DNA of 64,000 bases from Deltaproteobacteria bacterium (GTDB taxonomy: Bacteria > Myxococcota_A > UBA9160 > SZUA-336), in contig JAFDDB010000001.1 in assembly GCA_019311115.1 (NCBI GenBank), positions 30,674-94,673 on the forward strand, written 5' to 3'. A program made the position numbers and the translations under genes. Of the stretch, positions 1 through 11,418 are shown one piece after another; position 1 is the first letter of the stretch, and each line of letters begins with the position of its first letter. The notes beneath the pieces were generated by a model. The model had not been told where the DNA came from and did not search any database. It was given only the letters and a program-made list of their open reading frames with translations.

Positions 1-915
1 GCCCGGGCCCGGGTGTCCCGTATGGTCGAGCAGCATCGCCAGCGCCAGCAGCGCCGCCGACGGGTTGCAACGGTCCTGTCCGGCGATGTCGGGCGCCGTA
101 CCGCCCGCGGGGTCGAACATGGCCACAGCGGTCGCGCCCTGCGCGTCGAAGCTGTAGGTGCCGCTCGCTCCCGTGCCGAGGCTTCCCGTGAGGCCGCACG
201 CCATGTCGGACAGGAAGTCGCCGTACTCGTTCAGGCAGAGCACGACCTGGAAGTCGCGCGGCTTCAGGATGATCTTGGCGAGCAGCGCGTCGAAGAGCTC
301 CACGTTGTGCGTCACGCCGGGGAAGTCGCGGCTCACGTCGCGCACGATCGACTCGAAGAACCCGTCCGTCGTGCGCTGGATGGTGTGCTTCGACGACGAC
401 GTGACCGTCAGCCCGTGGTCCTGCGCCCAGCCGAACGCGTAGCGGGCGGCCTCGTGGCAGGGCCGGCGCTCGACGATCCGCAGCGAGACGGCGGCGTCGC
501 TGCCGATCATGCGGCCGGGGTCGTCGTAGGTGCCGCCGGTCGCCACCCGGATGATGTGCAGGAAGACCTCGCCCTTGAAGTTCGACTGCACGCCCTCGAT
601 CGACATGACCGGCCGGTGGATCACGCTGAAGCCGAGCCGCCGCCGCAGCTCCGCGTTCGGGCTCTCGTCTTCGGTGGCGGTCGGGTACTTGAGCGCCACG
701 CGGTTGCGGCGCAGCGACTCCTCGGCCTCGTCGTACAGCGACGCGCCGCGCTGGCGCCGGCTCTCGAGCGACAGGTCGATCGGCTCGAAATCCAGCTCGA
801 CGGGAAGCGCCGCCGCGGCCGCGTGCACGGCTGCGCGCAGCTCGGCTCCGATCCCGTCTCCCCGCAGCTCCGTGACCCTGGTGACCACTCCCGCCTCCAC
901 GACTGCTCCCGCCAT
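1..915 (-). CDS. isocitrate/isopropylmalate dehydrogenase family protein (C-terminus outside window)
   Basis: My own translation of the minus strand from the ATG (complement of 913-915) stays open to the window edge. It reads MAGAVVEAGVVTRVTELRGDGIGAEL...NEYGDFLSD...GSLGTGASG...GGTAPDIAGQDRCNPSAALLALAMLL. These are family motifs of beta-decarboxylating dehydrogenases. The ORF is absent from the track because it has no stop in the window. Confidence 0.8.
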   Translation of the reverse strand, partial: MAGAVVEAGVVTRVTELRGDGIGAELRAAVHAAAAALPVELDFEPIDLSLESRRQRGASLYDEAEESLRRNRVALKYPTATEDESPNAELRRRLGFSVIHRPVMSIEGVQSNFKGEVFLHIIRVATGGTYDDPGRMIGSDAAVSLRIVERRPCHEAARYAFGWAQDHGLTVTSSSKHTIQRTTDGFFESIVRDVSRDFPGVTHNVELFDALLAKIILKPRDFQVVLCLNEYGDFLSDMACGLTGSLGTGASGTYSFDAQGATAVAMFDPAGGTAPDIAGQDRCNPSAALLALAMLLDHTGHPGPG

Positions 916-1027
916 CCTCGCTGGGCTCCGTACCCTTGCAGTTCCGCGCTCTGCATCGGCCGCTGCGCGCCCCGAGTAGAGGACGGCTGCTAGACTCCCG
1001 CTGGAAATCGGGCGCCGGGAGAAGAAC

Positions 1028-1351
1028 ATGGCCGAGGTGAAGCAGCTGTACAAGGACGCGTTCGCGGCGTTCGCCCGCGGGGACCTGGATGCGGCCGTCG
1101 AGGGTTACCGCCGGGCGGTCGAGACCGATCCCGGCTTCGCTCTGGCGTGGCAGGGACTGGCCGAGGTCTACGGCCGCCAGGACCGGCTCGACGAGGCGAT
1201 CGAAGCGATCGGCAAGGCGATCGAGGCCGACCCGGCCGAGTCGCTGTACCACACGGGCCTGTCCCGCTTCCTGCAGCGGCAGGGCAAGATCCCCGAGGCG
1301 GAAGCCGCGGCCATGGAAGCGCAGCGCGTGCAGTCGCGCGGCCCCGCGTGA
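1028..1351 (+). CDS. TPR repeat protein
   Basis: 107-aa ORF with a helical 34-aa repeat pattern: AFARGDLDAAVEGYRRAVETDPGFALAWQGLAEVYGRQDRLDEAIEAIGKAIEADP. Confidence 0.6.
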   Translation: MAEVKQLYKDAFAAFARGDLDAAVEGYRRAVETDPGFALAWQGLAEVYGRQDRLDEAIEAIGKAIEADPAESLYHTGLSRFLQRQGKIPEAEAAAMEAQRVQSRGPA

Positions 1352-1363
1352 CGACGACCTGAC

Positions 1364-2233
1364 TTGTTCGCACTGGCCGCCGCCGCGCTGATCGGCGTCC
1401 TGCACGTCCACCACGCTCCGTCGCACGACAGCGAAGCCCCGTTCAGCGACGTGGTCCAGGCCGCCTACGCGGCCGGGCTCGACTTCCTGGTGCTGACCGA
1501 GCACGTACTGGAGGACGCCGACGGTGCACTCCCCGGCGCATGGCGTGCGGGGGTGTACCGTGGCCCCGGCGGCCGCGAGCTGCTGGTGATGACGGGCGGA
1601 GAGTTCGGCACGCTCGACGGCCACCTGCTCGGCTACCAGCTGCCCCGCGCGCTGCCGACCCGCGGACTCGACGGTGCGCAGGCCGTGGCGGCGATCCACG
1701 AGCTCGGCGGCTTCGCGGTCGTGCCTCACCCCTTCCACTACGGGGGCTGGCACGCCTGGGACGCTCCGTTCGACGGGCTCGAGGTGCACAACCACGCCGT
1801 GGCGCTGCGTGACTCGGTCGGTCCGCTGTTGCCGCTGCGCCTGCTGCGGCTGGGCTTCTCGCGCGACGCCGCCATGCGCGCGCGGCTCGATCGGCCCGCG
1901 CCAGAGCTCGCGCGCTGGGACGACCTGCGCCGCAGCGGGCGTCGCGTGGTCGCGTTCTCGGGGGCGGACGTGCACCAGAACGTGTCGCTGGCGGGCTGGC
2001 AGATCGATCCGTACGGCGAGGTCTTTCGCGCGGTCCGCACGCTGTGCCCGGACGGTCCGCTCGCAGAGGCGCGCATCTGGCGCCTGCTGCGCGAGGGCCG
2101 CTGCACCATCCGCTACTCGATCTTCGACGCGCGAGAGACCGAGGCGGAGGCCGTCGAGCTCGATACCGGACGTGTCGAGCTGCAGCTCGACGGTGGACGC
2201 CGCGTGCTCGAAATCCGGCAGTTCGCGGATTAG
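1364..2233 (+). CDS. PHP-domain metal-dependent phosphoesterase
   Basis: [11 protein letters not shown] ... [10 protein letters not shown] ... [10 protein letters not shown] ... EVHNH gives a His/Asp ligand pattern of the PHP fold. TTG start as in the track. Confidence 0.6.
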   Translation: MFALAAAALIGVLHVHHAPSHDSEAPFSDVVQAAYAAGLDFLVLTEHVLEDADGALPGAWRAGVYRGPGGRELLVMTGGEFGTLDGHLLGYQLPRALPTRGLDGAQAVAAIHELGGFAVVPHPFHYGGWHAWDAPFDGLEVHNHAVALRDSVGPLLPLRLLRLGFSRDAAMRARLDRPAPELARWDDLRRSGRRVVAFSGADVHQNVSLAGWQIDPYGEVFRAVRTLCPDGPLAEARIWRLLREGRCTIRYSIFDARETEAEAVELDTGRVELQLDGGRRVLEIRQFAD

Positions 2234-2234
2234 C

Positions 2235-3275
2235 ATGGAGCCGATGGACGCAACGGACCCGAGGGACCCGATCGACCTGCGAAGCGACACCGTGACGAAG
2301 CCGAGTCCCGCCATGCGCGAGGCGATGGCCGGCGCGGAGGTCGGGGACGACGTGTACGGCGAGGACCCGACGCTGAACCGGCTCCAGGAGCGCGCGGCCG
2401 AGCTGGTGGGCAAGTCCGCGGCGCTCTTCGTGCCGTCGGGCACGATGGCCAACCAGGTCGCGATCCGTTCGTGGACGCGGCCCGGCGACGCGATCCTAGT
2501 CGGGAAGGGCGCGCACGTCTTCATGTACGAGTCCGGCGGTGCGGCCGCCTTGTCGGGTGCGCAGCCCGTGGTGATCGGCGAGGACGGGCTCTTCGACGCC
2601 GACGACGTGCGGGAGGGGATCTTCCCGCCCGACGACCACTACGCCCGTACGCGGCTCGTCTGCGTCGAGAACACGCACAACGGCAGCGGGGGGCGCGTGT
2701 TTCCACTCGAGCGTCAGCTCGAGATCGCGGCCGTGGCTCGCGAGGCCGGCCTGCGCGTCCACCTGGACGGCGCCCGGCTCTTCAACGCCGCGGCCGCCAC
2801 GGGACGGACGGTGGCCGAGCTGGCCGCTCCCTGCGACTCCGTCTCGTTCTGCCTGTCCAAGGGGCTCGGCGCCCCGGTCGGATCGCTCGTCTGCGGCGAT
2901 GCCGAGTTCGTGCGGCGAGCGCACCGCTACCGAAAGATGTTCGGCGGCGGCATGAGGCAGGCGGGCGTGCTGGCGGCCGCCGGGCTCTTCGCGCTGGAGC
3001 ACAACGTCAAGCGTCTCGACGATGATCACGCCAACGCCCGGCGCTTTGCCGAAGGAATGCGCCAGCTGCCGGGCGTCGAGGGGGTGCGCGAGCCCGAGAC
3101 GAACATCGTGCTGTTCCGCGTTCCCGACCTGGTGGGCTTCGTGGCGGGAGCGCGCGCGCGCGGCGTGCTGATCAACGCCATCGGACCGGGGGTACTGCGC
3201 GCGGTCTTCCACCTGGACGTGCACCGCGAGGATGTCGACCGGGCGCTGGTCGTGCTCGGCGAAGTGCTCCAGTGA
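2235..3275 (+). CDS. ltaE: low-specificity L-threonine aldolase
   Basis: Internal ATG at 2235, in frame with ORF 1674..3275. Motifs: [48 protein letters not shown] (PLP-Lys region). Confidence 0.85.
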   Translation: MEPMDATDPRDPIDLRSDTVTKPSPAMREAMAGAEVGDDVYGEDPTLNRLQERAAELVGKSAALFVPSGTMANQVAIRSWTRPGDAILVGKGAHVFMYESGGAAALSGAQPVVIGEDGLFDADDVREGIFPPDDHYARTRLVCVENTHNGSGGRVFPLERQLEIAAVAREAGLRVHLDGARLFNAAAATGRTVAELAAPCDSVSFCLSKGLGAPVGSLVCGDAEFVRRAHRYRKMFGGGMRQAGVLAAAGLFALEHNVKRLDDDHANARRFAEGMRQLPGVEGVREPETNIVLFRVPDLVGFVAGARARGVLINAIGPGVLRAVFHLDVHREDVDRALVVLGEVLQ

Positions 3276-3700
3276 GCGGTGGGGAGAAGCCTGGCCTGCG
3301 CTTCGAGTGCACGCAGTGTGGCCGCTGCTGCACGAACCACGGCGAGTACTCTCACGTCTACCTGGGGGACCGCGAGGTCGCGGCGCTGGCGCTCCTGCTC
3401 GGTCTCAGCGAGCGGGAGTTCGAGCGCAAGTACACGTTCATCGACGAGGACGGCTGGACCCAGCTGACGATCGCGAACGACCAGTGCGTCTTCCTGGGGC
3501 CGAACGGCGTGTGCGGCGTGTATGCGGCGCGCCCCGTGCAGTGCCGCACGTTCCCCTTCTGGCGGGACTTCGTCGAGGACGGCAAGTGGACCGTCGATGT
3601 GCGCGACCTCTGCGAGGGAGTCGGCCGCGGCCCGAGCTGGTCGCGCGACGAGGCCGAACGCCTCATGATCGAGATGGAGGGGTCGGACCCCGACTCCTGA
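3272..3700 (+). CDS. YkgJ-family cysteine-cluster protein
   Basis: CTQCGRCC ... CVFL ... [19 protein letters not shown] matches the UPF0153/YkgJ Cys pattern. Overlaps the ltaE stop by 4 nt. Confidence 0.7.
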   Translation: MSGGEKPGLRFECTQCGRCCTNHGEYSHVYLGDREVAALALLLGLSEREFERKYTFIDEDGWTQLTIANDQCVFLGPNGVCGVYAARPVQCRTFPFWRDFVEDGKWTVDVRDLCEGVGRGPSWSRDEAERLMIEMEGSDPDS

Positions 3701-3723
3701 CCTGCGAAGGGAGGGAGGAAGAC

Positions 3724-4347
3724 ATGGCGCGGCAAGGCGAGGATCCGGGCTGGACCGAGGTCGCGAGGCTTCGCGCCGAGGTCGCGAGCCGGCGCTCGCC
3801 CCAGGATCTGCGCGCGCTCCAGGTCGAGTTGCTGCGCCTGGCCGGGGATCCCCGCGGCCGCCGCGTGCTCGACCTGGGCTGCGGTGGCGGGGCGCTGGCG
3901 CGCCGCCTGGCCGAGCGAGGCGGCGACGTGACCGCCGTCGACCCCGATCCCGATGCGATCGAACAGGCGCGGCGCGACGCGGCCGGTCTGGACCCCGGCG
4001 ACCGCCTGCAGTTCCTGCGGGTGGACCCGGCCGACCCCGAGAGCCTGCCGCGCGGCCCCTTCGACCTGGTCGTCGTGCACGGCGCGGGTCTCGAGGCGCC
4101 GCTCCGCAACGTGGTCCGCTGCGCGCGCAGGGGCGGGCGCGTGCTGATCGGCGCTCGCCACCCGTACTCGGGCACCCCGTCGGACGACCGCCCGCTGCAG
4201 GCGCTCTTCGGTTCGCTACGCGAGGCCGGCGTGCGGGTCGTCGACGTCGCCGAGCCTGCCGCGGACGAGAATGGCGAGCGCCGCTTCCTCGCCCTGCTGG
4301 CAGAGCGTCCCCGGCGGAACCGGACCCGCCGTCCGAAGGCGGGCTGA
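3724..4347 (+). CDS. class I SAM-dependent methyltransferase
   Basis: Internal ATG at 3724, preceded by GGGAGGGAGGAAG. Motif I is VLDLGCGGGALA. The upstream part of ORF 3232..4347 is Arg/Pro-rich junk. Confidence 0.75.
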   Translation: MARQGEDPGWTEVARLRAEVASRRSPQDLRALQVELLRLAGDPRGRRVLDLGCGGGALARRLAERGGDVTAVDPDPDAIEQARRDAAGLDPGDRLQFLRVDPADPESLPRGPFDLVVVHGAGLEAPLRNVVRCARRGGRVLIGARHPYSGTPSDDRPLQALFGSLREAGVRVVDVAEPAADENGERRFLALLAERPRRNRTRRPKAG

Positions 4348-4423
4348 CTGCTAGAATCGCGCCACTCCGCACCCCCCACCCGTCACTCTCACTCCTAACT
4401 CTTGTCCAAAGAAGGGGCCGCCC

Positions 4424-5104
4424 ATGGCCGGTGAGCTGATCGAGTTTCCGAGCAACGGTTCCACCACACCCGGGTATCTCTCGAAGCCCGCGTCCGGCTC
4501 CGGTCCGGCGGTGATCGTGATCCAGGAGTGGTGGGGTCTCGTCGACCACATCAAGCAGGTTGCGGACCGCTTCGCGGCCGAGGGCTTCGTGGCCCTGGCG
4601 CCCGACATGTACCACGGCGAGTCTACCGACAGTCCCGACGACGCGGGCCGCTTGATGATGGCGCTCGACATCGACCGCGCCGCGACCGACCTGTCCGGCG
4701 CCGTCGGCTACCTGTGCGGGCTCGACGAGGTCACGGCGGCCAAGGTGGGCACCGTCGGCTTCTGCATGGGCGGACAGCTCGCCCTGGCGACGGCCTGCCG
4801 GTCCGAGCAGGTCGGCGCCTGCGCGGACTTCTACGGCGTGCACCCGAACGTCACGCTCGACTTCTCGGCGCTGCGTGCTCCGGTCCTCGGGGTGTTCGCC
4901 GAGAACGACGAGTTCGTTTCGCCCGAGGTGGCACGCAAGCTCGAACACGATCTGAAGTCGGCCGGCGCGCAGACCGACTTCCACATCTATCCCGGAGTGG
5001 ACCATGCCTTCTTCAACGACTCCCGACCCGACGTCTACAACGAGTCCGCGGCCAACGACGCCTGGCAGCGCACCGTCGAGTTCTTCCGTGCCCACCTCGC
5101 GTAG
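4424..5104 (+). CDS. dienelactone hydrolase family protein
   Basis: Motifs PAVIVIQEWWGL, GFCMGG (nucleophile elbow) and VDHAF, with typical DLH length and order. Confidence 0.85.
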   Translation: MAGELIEFPSNGSTTPGYLSKPASGSGPAVIVIQEWWGLVDHIKQVADRFAAEGFVALAPDMYHGESTDSPDDAGRLMMALDIDRAATDLSGAVGYLCGLDEVTAAKVGTVGFCMGGQLALATACRSEQVGACADFYGVHPNVTLDFSALRAPVLGVFAENDEFVSPEVARKLEHDLKSAGAQTDFHIYPGVDHAFFNDSRPDVYNESAANDAWQRTVEFFRAHLA

Positions 5105-5648
5105 CCCGGCCCGCGGGACGTGGCTGACGCGCCGCGAGTTGATCGTCGGCGGCGGCGCGCTGATCGGCGGCCTGGCTCTCGCGCCGCGTCTTCGGGCCGA
5201 GGGCGTCAAGCTCTCCGAGCCCACGCTTGCCGCGCTCGGGGAGAGCCCGATCGTCTACGTGTCCCCGCTCCACCCCGACGGCGGCGAGAGCAAGTGCCAC
5301 GGAGAGGTCTGGTTCTTCGTGGACGGCGGAGACGTGGTCGTGGGTGTAGACCGCGAGCGCTGGAAGGCCCGCGCGCTCAAGAAGGGCTGGGACCGCGCGC
5401 GCATCTGGGCCGGCGACTTCGGACCGGTCGCCAAGGCCGGAGACAAGTACCGCTCCGCGCCGCAGTTCGAGGCGCGCGGGTCGATCGACGCCGAGCCCGC
5501 CACCTTCGATCGGCTGATGCAGGCGTACGCAAAGAAGTACGCCGACGAGTGGGAGAAGTGGGGCCCGCGCTTCCAGAAGTCCTACGCGGACGGGTCGCGC
5601 GTGCTGATCCGTTACAACCCGGTCGCCGAGGGTCCGCCCGCCATGTAG
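5088..5648 (+). CDS. hypothetical exported protein with twin-arginine signal
   Basis: In-frame GTG at 5088 gives (M)PTSRSPARGTWLTRRELIVGGGALIGGLALAPRLRAEG, which is Tat-like. The ATG at 5004 would overlap the upstream gene by 100 nt. No family recognised. Confidence 0.5.
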   Translation: MPTSRSPARGTWLTRRELIVGGGALIGGLALAPRLRAEGVKLSEPTLAALGESPIVYVSPLHPDGGESKCHGEVWFFVDGGDVVVGVDRERWKARALKKGWDRARIWAGDFGPVAKAGDKYRSAPQFEARGSIDAEPATFDRLMQAYAKKYADEWEKWGPRFQKSYADGSRVLIRYNPVAEGPPAM

Positions 5649-5658
5649 AGCCCGGGCT

Positions 5659-6495
5659 CTACTCGAAGCGCATCTTCCCCTGGTCGATCACCACGTCGTC
5701 ATCCTGGTTCCGCGTCTGGAAGATGCACTCGTTCCCGTCGACCCACATCGAGATCTTCAGCTTCTCGCCCGGCATGACGGGCTTCGAGAAGCGCGCGTCC
5801 ATCGCCTTGAACCGCGCGGGGTCGCCGTCGCAGAGCGCGTCGAGCAGCGCCTTGCCCGTGATGCCATAGGTGCAGAGCCCGTGCATGATCGGCTGGTCGA
5901 AGCCGCCGAGCTTGGCGAACGACGGGTCGGAGTGCAGCGGGTTGCGGTCGCCCGAGAGCCGGTAGATCAGCGGCTGGTCTGCGCGCGTCGCGAAGCTCGC
6001 CACGTGGTCGGGTGCGCGCTCCGGCGGTGCGATCTTTGCGGACGGTCCGCGCTCGCCGCCGAAGCCGCCCTCGCCGCGCAGGAACACGGACATGCGCGTC
6101 TTGAGCAGCGGCTCGCCCGTCGCCACGTCGACGGAGGTCGACTCCATCTCGACGACCGCGCCGGAGCCCTTGTCCCAGACCGCGGTGCAGCGGCCCTGGC
6201 TCTCGACTTCGCCCTCGGTCGGGATCTCGCCGAGAAGCTCGATCCCCTGCTCGCCGTGCACCAGGAGTGCCGGGTTGAACGAGCCGATCTTGTTGAAGGG
6301 CACTCCGCCCCCGCCGATGATCACGGCGAACGTCGGGAGCACACGCTGCGGCGTGTCCTTGGTGTTCTCGGTGGTGAACTGCAGGTCGTCGAGGCCCGCG
6401 CCCACGCCCAGCGCGTAGAGCAGACAGTCCTTCGAGTTCCAGCTGCGGCGGACGGGATCACCTTCGAGGCCGACGGCCTGGGGATCGATCGGCAT
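5659..6495 (-). CDS. MaoC-like (R)-specific enoyl-CoA hydratase/dehydratase (double hot-dog)
   Basis: Start MPIDPQ at 6495, preceded by AGGAG. Contains LIYRLSGDRNPLHSDP, typical of the MaoC dehydratase domain. Confidence 0.8.
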   Translation of the reverse strand: MPIDPQAVGLEGDPVRRSWNSKDCLLYALGVGAGLDDLQFTTENTKDTPQRVLPTFAVIIGGGGVPFNKIGSFNPALLVHGEQGIELLGEIPTEGEVESQGRCTAVWDKGSGAVVEMESTSVDVATGEPLLKTRMSVFLRGEGGFGGERGPSAKIAPPERAPDHVASFATRADQPLIYRLSGDRNPLHSDPSFAKLGGFDQPIMHGLCTYGITGKALLDALCDGDPARFKAMDARFSKPVMPGEKLKISMWVDGNECIFQTRNQDDDVVIDQGKMRFE

Positions 6496-6536
6496 GACAG
6501 ACTCCTGTTTCGAGGCCCCCACTGGAGGCGGTCGCC

Positions 6537-6573
6537 ATGTTACGATAGGAAATAACGAACGTCAATCGGAAAA
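6537..6573 (-). promoter_or_regulatory. conserved promoter/operator module, copy M1
   Basis: Minus-strand read: TTTTCCGATTGAC-GTTCGTTA-TTTCCTATCGTAACAT. It contains TTGACG-17nt-TAACAT. It lies 41 nt upstream of the MaoC start and 16 nt upstream of the divergent crotonase ATG. Near-identical copies sit at 8077-8113 and 11419-11455. Confidence 0.6.
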
Positions 6574-6589
6574 CTCCCCGGAGGAACCC

Positions 6590-7411
6590 ATGAGCGCCGC
6601 CGCTCCCCCGACCGCCGACCTGGTGCAGTTCGAGATCGAGGGCGGCGTCGCCCGGCTGACCCTCGACGACCCCAAGGCGCTCAACGCCGTCTCGATGCCG
6701 ATGCTGCGCGGCATCGGCGCGGCCCTCGACGAGATCGAGAAGCCCGCGAACCACGTGCGTTGCGTGCTGCTCACGGGCGCGGGCGGCGCGTTCTGTGCCG
6801 GTGCGAACCTGGCCGCAAGCGATCCGGGCGGCGTGAGCGGTGACGACGGACAGCTCGACGTGGGGCGCGTGCTCGACGAGTCCTACCACCCGGTGCTGCG
6901 CCGGCTGCGCGACCTGCACTGTCCGCTCGTCGTGGCCGTGAACGGCGTCGCGGCCGGGGCCGGCATGAGCTTCGCGATGATGGGCGACATCGTGCTGGCG
7001 GCGCGCAGCGCGAGCTTCGTGCAGGCCTTCGTTCGGCGGGGCCTCGTGCCGGACTGCGGCTCCACGTTCCTGTTGCCGCGGCTCGTCGGCTTCGGCCGCG
7101 CGCTCGAGCTGGCGATGCGCGGGCAGAAGATCACGGCCGGGCAGGCGCTCGAGTGGGGGATGGTCAACCACGTGTTCGACGACGACGAGCTGATGGACGA
7201 GGCGCAGGCTCTCGTGGCCGAACTCGCGGCGGGGCCGACGGTCGCGCTCGGGCTGATCCGCCGCGCCTACTGGGCGTCGCGCGACAACGGCTTCGAGGAG
7301 CAGCTGCAGGTCGAGCGCGAGCTGCAGCGGGAGGCGGGGCGCAGCCAGGACTTCGTCGAGGGCGTCAAGTCGTTCCTGCAGAAGCGGCCGCCGGAGTTCA
7401 CCGGCCACTAG
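6590..7411 (+). CDS. enoyl-CoA hydratase/isomerase (crotonase) family protein
   Basis: Internal ATG at 6590 after GGAGG. Motifs LNAVS, FCAGANL and the crotonase fold pattern through the C-terminal FLQKRPPEF. Confidence 0.85.
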   Translation: MSAAAPPTADLVQFEIEGGVARLTLDDPKALNAVSMPMLRGIGAALDEIEKPANHVRCVLLTGAGGAFCAGANLAASDPGGVSGDDGQLDVGRVLDESYHPVLRRLRDLHCPLVVAVNGVAAGAGMSFAMMGDIVLAARSASFVQAFVRRGLVPDCGSTFLLPRLVGFGRALELAMRGQKITAGQALEWGMVNHVFDDDELMDEAQALVAELAAGPTVALGLIRRAYWASRDNGFEEQLQVERELQREAGRSQDFVEGVKSFLQKRPPEFTGH

Positions 7412-7461
7412 GGCGGGCGGGTCGGGACGGGGCGGACGGCGGGTCGGGTCGGCCGGGAGCG

Positions 7462-8034
7462 CTAGCGCGCGGCCGGAGGCACCTCGCCGTCGGGCGGCCA
7501 CGAGCTGACGCCGTCCTCGAGCGGGAACTCGACGCTGCGCGCGAGCTGCGAGATCAGACGCCACGTGCCGATGGCGGCCGTGAGCTCCAGGCACTCGTCG
7601 TCCGAGAGGTGCGCGCGGCAGGCCGACCAGGCCTCTGGACCGATGCGCCCCGTCTCGAGCGTCTCGTCGACGGCGGCCAGCACGGCCCGGTCCTCGTCCG
7701 AGAACCCGTCGGCGGCTCGCCAGTCGCGAAGCGCCAGCAGCTCCTCGTCGGTGCACTTGAAGGTCTCTCGCGCGACGCGCCAGTGCTGCGTCCACTCGTA
7801 GTCCGAGCCGGTGGCCCAGCCGATGCGCATGATCACCAGCTCGCGCAGGCGGTCGTCGAGCACCCCGCCGAAGAGCAGCGAGAAGAGCAGGTCGTTGACG
7901 GCCTTGGCGACCCGGGGGCGGCGCAGCAGCACGCGGAACACGTTCAGGTCGGCCATGGCGGCGGCGATGCCGATCTCTTCGGCGGCGGCCTTGGCCTGCT
8001 CGGGCGAGAGCGGCTCGATGCGGGACTGGGTCAC
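7462..8034 (-). CDS. carboxymuconolactone decarboxylase (CMD/AhpD-like) family protein
   Basis: 190-aa ORF with a GTG start after GAGGAGG. Contains RELVIMRIGWATGSDYEWTQH, typical of the CMD family. Confidence 0.8.
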   Translation of the reverse strand: MTQSRIEPLSPEQAKAAAEEIGIAAAMADLNVFRVLLRRPRVAKAVNDLLFSLLFGGVLDDRLRELVIMRIGWATGSDYEWTQHWRVARETFKCTDEELLALRDWRAADGFSDEDRAVLAAVDETLETGRIGPEAWSACRAHLSDDECLELTAAIGTWRLISQLARSVEFPLEDGVSSWPPDGEVPPAAR

Positions 8035-8076
8035 GGGAAGATCCTCCTCGGGCGTCGTTCCAGCCCGCAGGAGGCG

Positions 8077-8113
8077 TTATTACAATAGGAAATTCCGATA
8101 GTCAATCGGAAAA
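8077..8113 (-). promoter_or_regulatory. conserved promoter/operator module, copy M2
   Basis: Minus-strand read: TTTTCCGATTGAC-TATCGGAA-TTTCCTATTGTAATAA (TTGACT-17nt-TAATAA). It lies 42 nt upstream of the CMD gene start. Confidence 0.6.
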
Positions 8114-8170
8114 TCTCCCTCCACGTCCCGCGCCCTCCGCGTCCGGCGCTCTCCACGTCCCGCGGACAGG

Positions 8171-8207
8171 GAGGTGCCCGGACCCCGGCGGAGGGTCCGG
8201 GCACCTC
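8171..8207 (-). terminator. strong hairpin downstream of glnK (putative intrinsic terminator, no U-tract)
   Basis: GAGGTGCCCGGACCC-cggcgga-GGGTCCGGGCACCTC forms a perfect 15-bp stem, 24 nt after the glnK stop. It separates the amtB-glnK operon from the M2 promoter. Confidence 0.45.
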
Positions 8208-8230
8208 GAGGAGGGATGAGCGAGGCGGGC

Positions 8231-9999
<1,769 letters not shown>

Positions 10000-10038
10000 G
10001 GTTCCCTCCTCAGGTGAAGCGAAGTCGGAGGGCGGCAG

Positions 10039-10055
10039 AGCAACGGGCGTGCCAA
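10039..10055 (-). promoter_or_regulatory. sigma54 (-24/-12) promoter of amtB-glnK
   Basis: Minus-strand read: TTGGCACGCCCGTTGCT, matching TGGCAC-N5-TTGC exactly. It lies about 40 nt upstream of the amtB ATG, with GAGGAGGG as the RBS. Confidence 0.7.
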
Positions 10056-10091
10056 CGGTCTGGAGTGCGTAGCGCCGGTCTCGTGGTTCAG

Positions 10092-10110
10092 CTGCCTACA
10101 AGTTGGGCAG
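10092..10110. promoter_or_regulatory. palindromic upstream site (putative NtrC-type enhancer)
   Basis: CTGCCTA-caagt-TGGGCAG, 37 nt upstream of the -24 element. It has the same architecture as the perfect palindrome at 45420-45440. Confidence 0.4.
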
Positions 10111-10310
10111 CCCGGTGCCCGGGGGGCGGGCTTCGGCAGGATGCAGTGGCCGGACTCTTCGGGGCGGAGATTGAATTGCGGGCGGAAAGGGTCGGTCCAA
10201 TCGGTATTCGCTAGAGCATTCCCTTCTCAGGGCTCCCGGCCGGCTGGCCGGGGGCCCTCCTTCCTTTGGGGTGCCCTACGCCGGGCCGAACGCTTCCGCG
10301 ATGGCGCCCT

Positions 10311-11363
10311 CTACCGCAGTTGCGGCATGACGCGGTCGCGCATCAGCTCCATGTGGGACGACACCAGGTCGTCCGACATGCCGCCGAGCCGTGTCCAGCC
10401 CAGCAGGTGGTCGACGCCGATCTGCTCCTTGATCTCGGCGATCCGCTCGGTCACGTAGTCCGGCTCGCCGCAGATGACCGCGCCGTGCGACACGAGTTGC
10501 TCCCACTCCACGACGCTCGCCAGGTCGCGGATCTGCGTGTACCACTCGTAGCCCTCGATCGGCTTCTGCCCGACCTTGGGCGCGACGTACTTTCCGAAGG
10601 TGCGGAAATACCAGATCACCGGGTCCGCGAACTCCTTGCGCGCCCGCTCGTGGTCCTCGCCGGTGTAGGTCATGACGAGCGCGCCGACCTCGTGCGCGGC
10701 CGGGTCGTGGCCGTTCTCTTCGAGCGCCTCGCGGTAGCGCGCGACGCGGTCCTTGGCGACCTGCAGCGATCCGCCGAACACCGGCGACAGCAGCAGGTTG
10801 AAGCCCATGCGTCCGGCCTTCTCGAACGTCTCCTCGGAGAGCGCCGCGAGCCAGATCGGCGGGTGGGGCTGCTGCAGGGGCTTCGGGCGCACCTCGACGT
10901 CGCGGAACGTGTAGTGCTTGCCCTCGAAGTTCAGCCTCTCGTCGGTCCAGGCGCGGCGGATGATCTCGATCGACTCGTCGAAGATCTCGCGGCTCCGGGT
11001 CTGGTCGATGTCGTAGCCCTCGAACTCGATCGGCTGGTAGCCGCGGCCGACGCCCAGCTCGACGCGTCCGCCCGAGAGCAGGTCGAGCATGGCGTAGTCC
11101 TCCGCCACCCGGACGGGATGGTTGAAGGGCAGGACGACCACGCCCGTGCCGAGCCGGATCCGGCTGGTGCTCCGCGCGATCGCGGCCAGCGACAGCGCCG
11201 GGGAGGCGCAGAAGCCGTACTCGCTGAAGTGGTGCTCCGCCGGCCAGACGGAGTCGAACCCGAACTCCTCGGCCCGCTCCATCAGCGTGACCTGCTCGTC
11301 GACCATCTCCTGCTCGCTGCGTCCCATGGGGCTCTCGAACAGGTGGAGCATCCCGAACTTCAT
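10311..11363 (-). CDS. LLM-class (luciferase-like) flavin-dependent oxidoreductase
   Basis: Internal ATG at 11363 (MKFGMLHLFE) after GGGAGGAAG. Motifs FDSVWPAEHHF and LDLLSGGRVELGVGRG. Confidence 0.85.
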   Translation of the reverse strand: MKFGMLHLFESPMGRSEQEMVDEQVTLMERAEEFGFDSVWPAEHHFSEYGFCASPALSLAAIARSTSRIRLGTGVVVLPFNHPVRVAEDYAMLDLLSGGRVELGVGRGYQPIEFEGYDIDQTRSREIFDESIEIIRRAWTDERLNFEGKHYTFRDVEVRPKPLQQPHPPIWLAALSEETFEKAGRMGFNLLLSPVFGGSLQVAKDRVARYREALEENGHDPAAHEVGALVMTYTGEDHERARKEFADPVIWYFRTFGKYVAPKVGQKPIEGYEWYTQIRDLASVVEWEQLVSHGAVICGEPDYVTERIAEIKEQIGVDHLLGWTRLGGMSDDLVSSHMELMRDRVMPQLR

Positions 11364-11418
11364 CGCGTCTTCCTCCCTGCGTGCGCTCTCTTCCGGTTCT
11401 TTCCTGGCAGGGAACGCC

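Noticed and set aside
13-993. A 326-aa plus-strand ORF at the left edge.
   Set aside because: It is an Arg/Ala/Val/Gly-rich shadow ORF. The opposite strand encodes a clean isocitrate/isopropylmalate-dehydrogenase-family protein with recognisable motifs.
3026-5224. A 732-aa minus-strand ORF, plus similar giants at 10266..12350 (+), 14506..16752 (-), 27334..29709 (-), 55627..57243 (+), 50090..51757 (+) and 58302..59885 (-).
   Set aside because: All are Arg/Pro/Gly/Ala-dominated. Each spans several well-supported genes on the other strand and lacks any domain signature. These are typical stop-codon-poor antisense frames in high-GC DNA.
10235-10252. The hairpin CCCGGCC-ggct-GGCCGGG downstream of the LLM gene, considered as a terminator.
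   Set aside because: It has only a 7-bp GC stem and no U-tract on the transcribed strand. Such palindromes are frequent in GC-rich DNA, so it is too weak to annotate.
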